Assembly: GCF_006345805.1 (NCBI RefSeq)
Contig: NC_043005.1
Location: forward strand, 13,888,001 to 13,952,000
Length of the DNA: 64,000 nucleotides
Source of the DNA: Octopus sinensis
Taxonomy: Eukaryota
Direction of reading: 5' to 3'
The position numbers and the translations under genes were made by a program. The notes below the pieces were generated by a model. The model ran no database searches. It was not told the origin of the DNA and was given only the letters and a program-made list of their open reading frames with translations. Every line of letters starts with the position of its first letter. Within the stretch, counting starts at the first letter, position 1. This document shows, in pieces, positions 63,870 to 64,000 of the stretch.

Positions 63870-64000
63870 CTGGATAGTTTGTTGCGTACTGGATCAGTAG
63901 GCACAAATGTGGGAGGCGTCAATAACGTTATCTTTGACACTTCACACGCACATTACGAGTTGGATTTTCAGTTTAATTTTTTCTCTCTTACTTTCTTACT

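Overview
AT-rich, microsatellite-dense animal DNA. The repeat landscape suggests an Octopus genome; this is inference. Host genes: the last four coding exons of an adhesion-type 7TM GPCR (+ strand, 1687-10424, all splice phases compatible) and the first coding exon of a PLAC8/cornifelin-like gene (- strand, 63389-63598). The rest is mostly mobile DNA: four tRNA-headed SINE families, R4/Dong-like RLE-LINE fragments sitting in (TAA)n, an RTE LINE, a CR1-group LINE end, Helitrons, a probable Chapaev3 transposase, a DD37D mariner and several MITEs. The most notable signal is a set of non-coding inserts inside (TA)n tracts carrying type I hammerhead ribozyme (HHR) motifs, from six unrelated sequence families (labelled HH-A to HH-F). 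These include a 3 x ~485-bp tandem array with one HHR per unit (28378-29848), a 512-bp unit family (22646-23840), a 312-bp palindrome (16139-16450) and a Penelope GIY-YIG fragment whose 3' terminal repeat holds a degenerate HHR. The four largest loci (HH-A, -B, -C, -E) have an inverted copy on their 5' side, so both ends face outward into (TA)n. Similar TA-anchored inverted copies also affect non-Penelope DNA. HHR-bearing Penelope terminal repeats and retrozymes are known classes. These particular families, their long stem-II extensions and the TA-anchored fold-back architecture may be undescribed. All folds were read by eye, no searches were run, and parts of the tandem array look unpolished.
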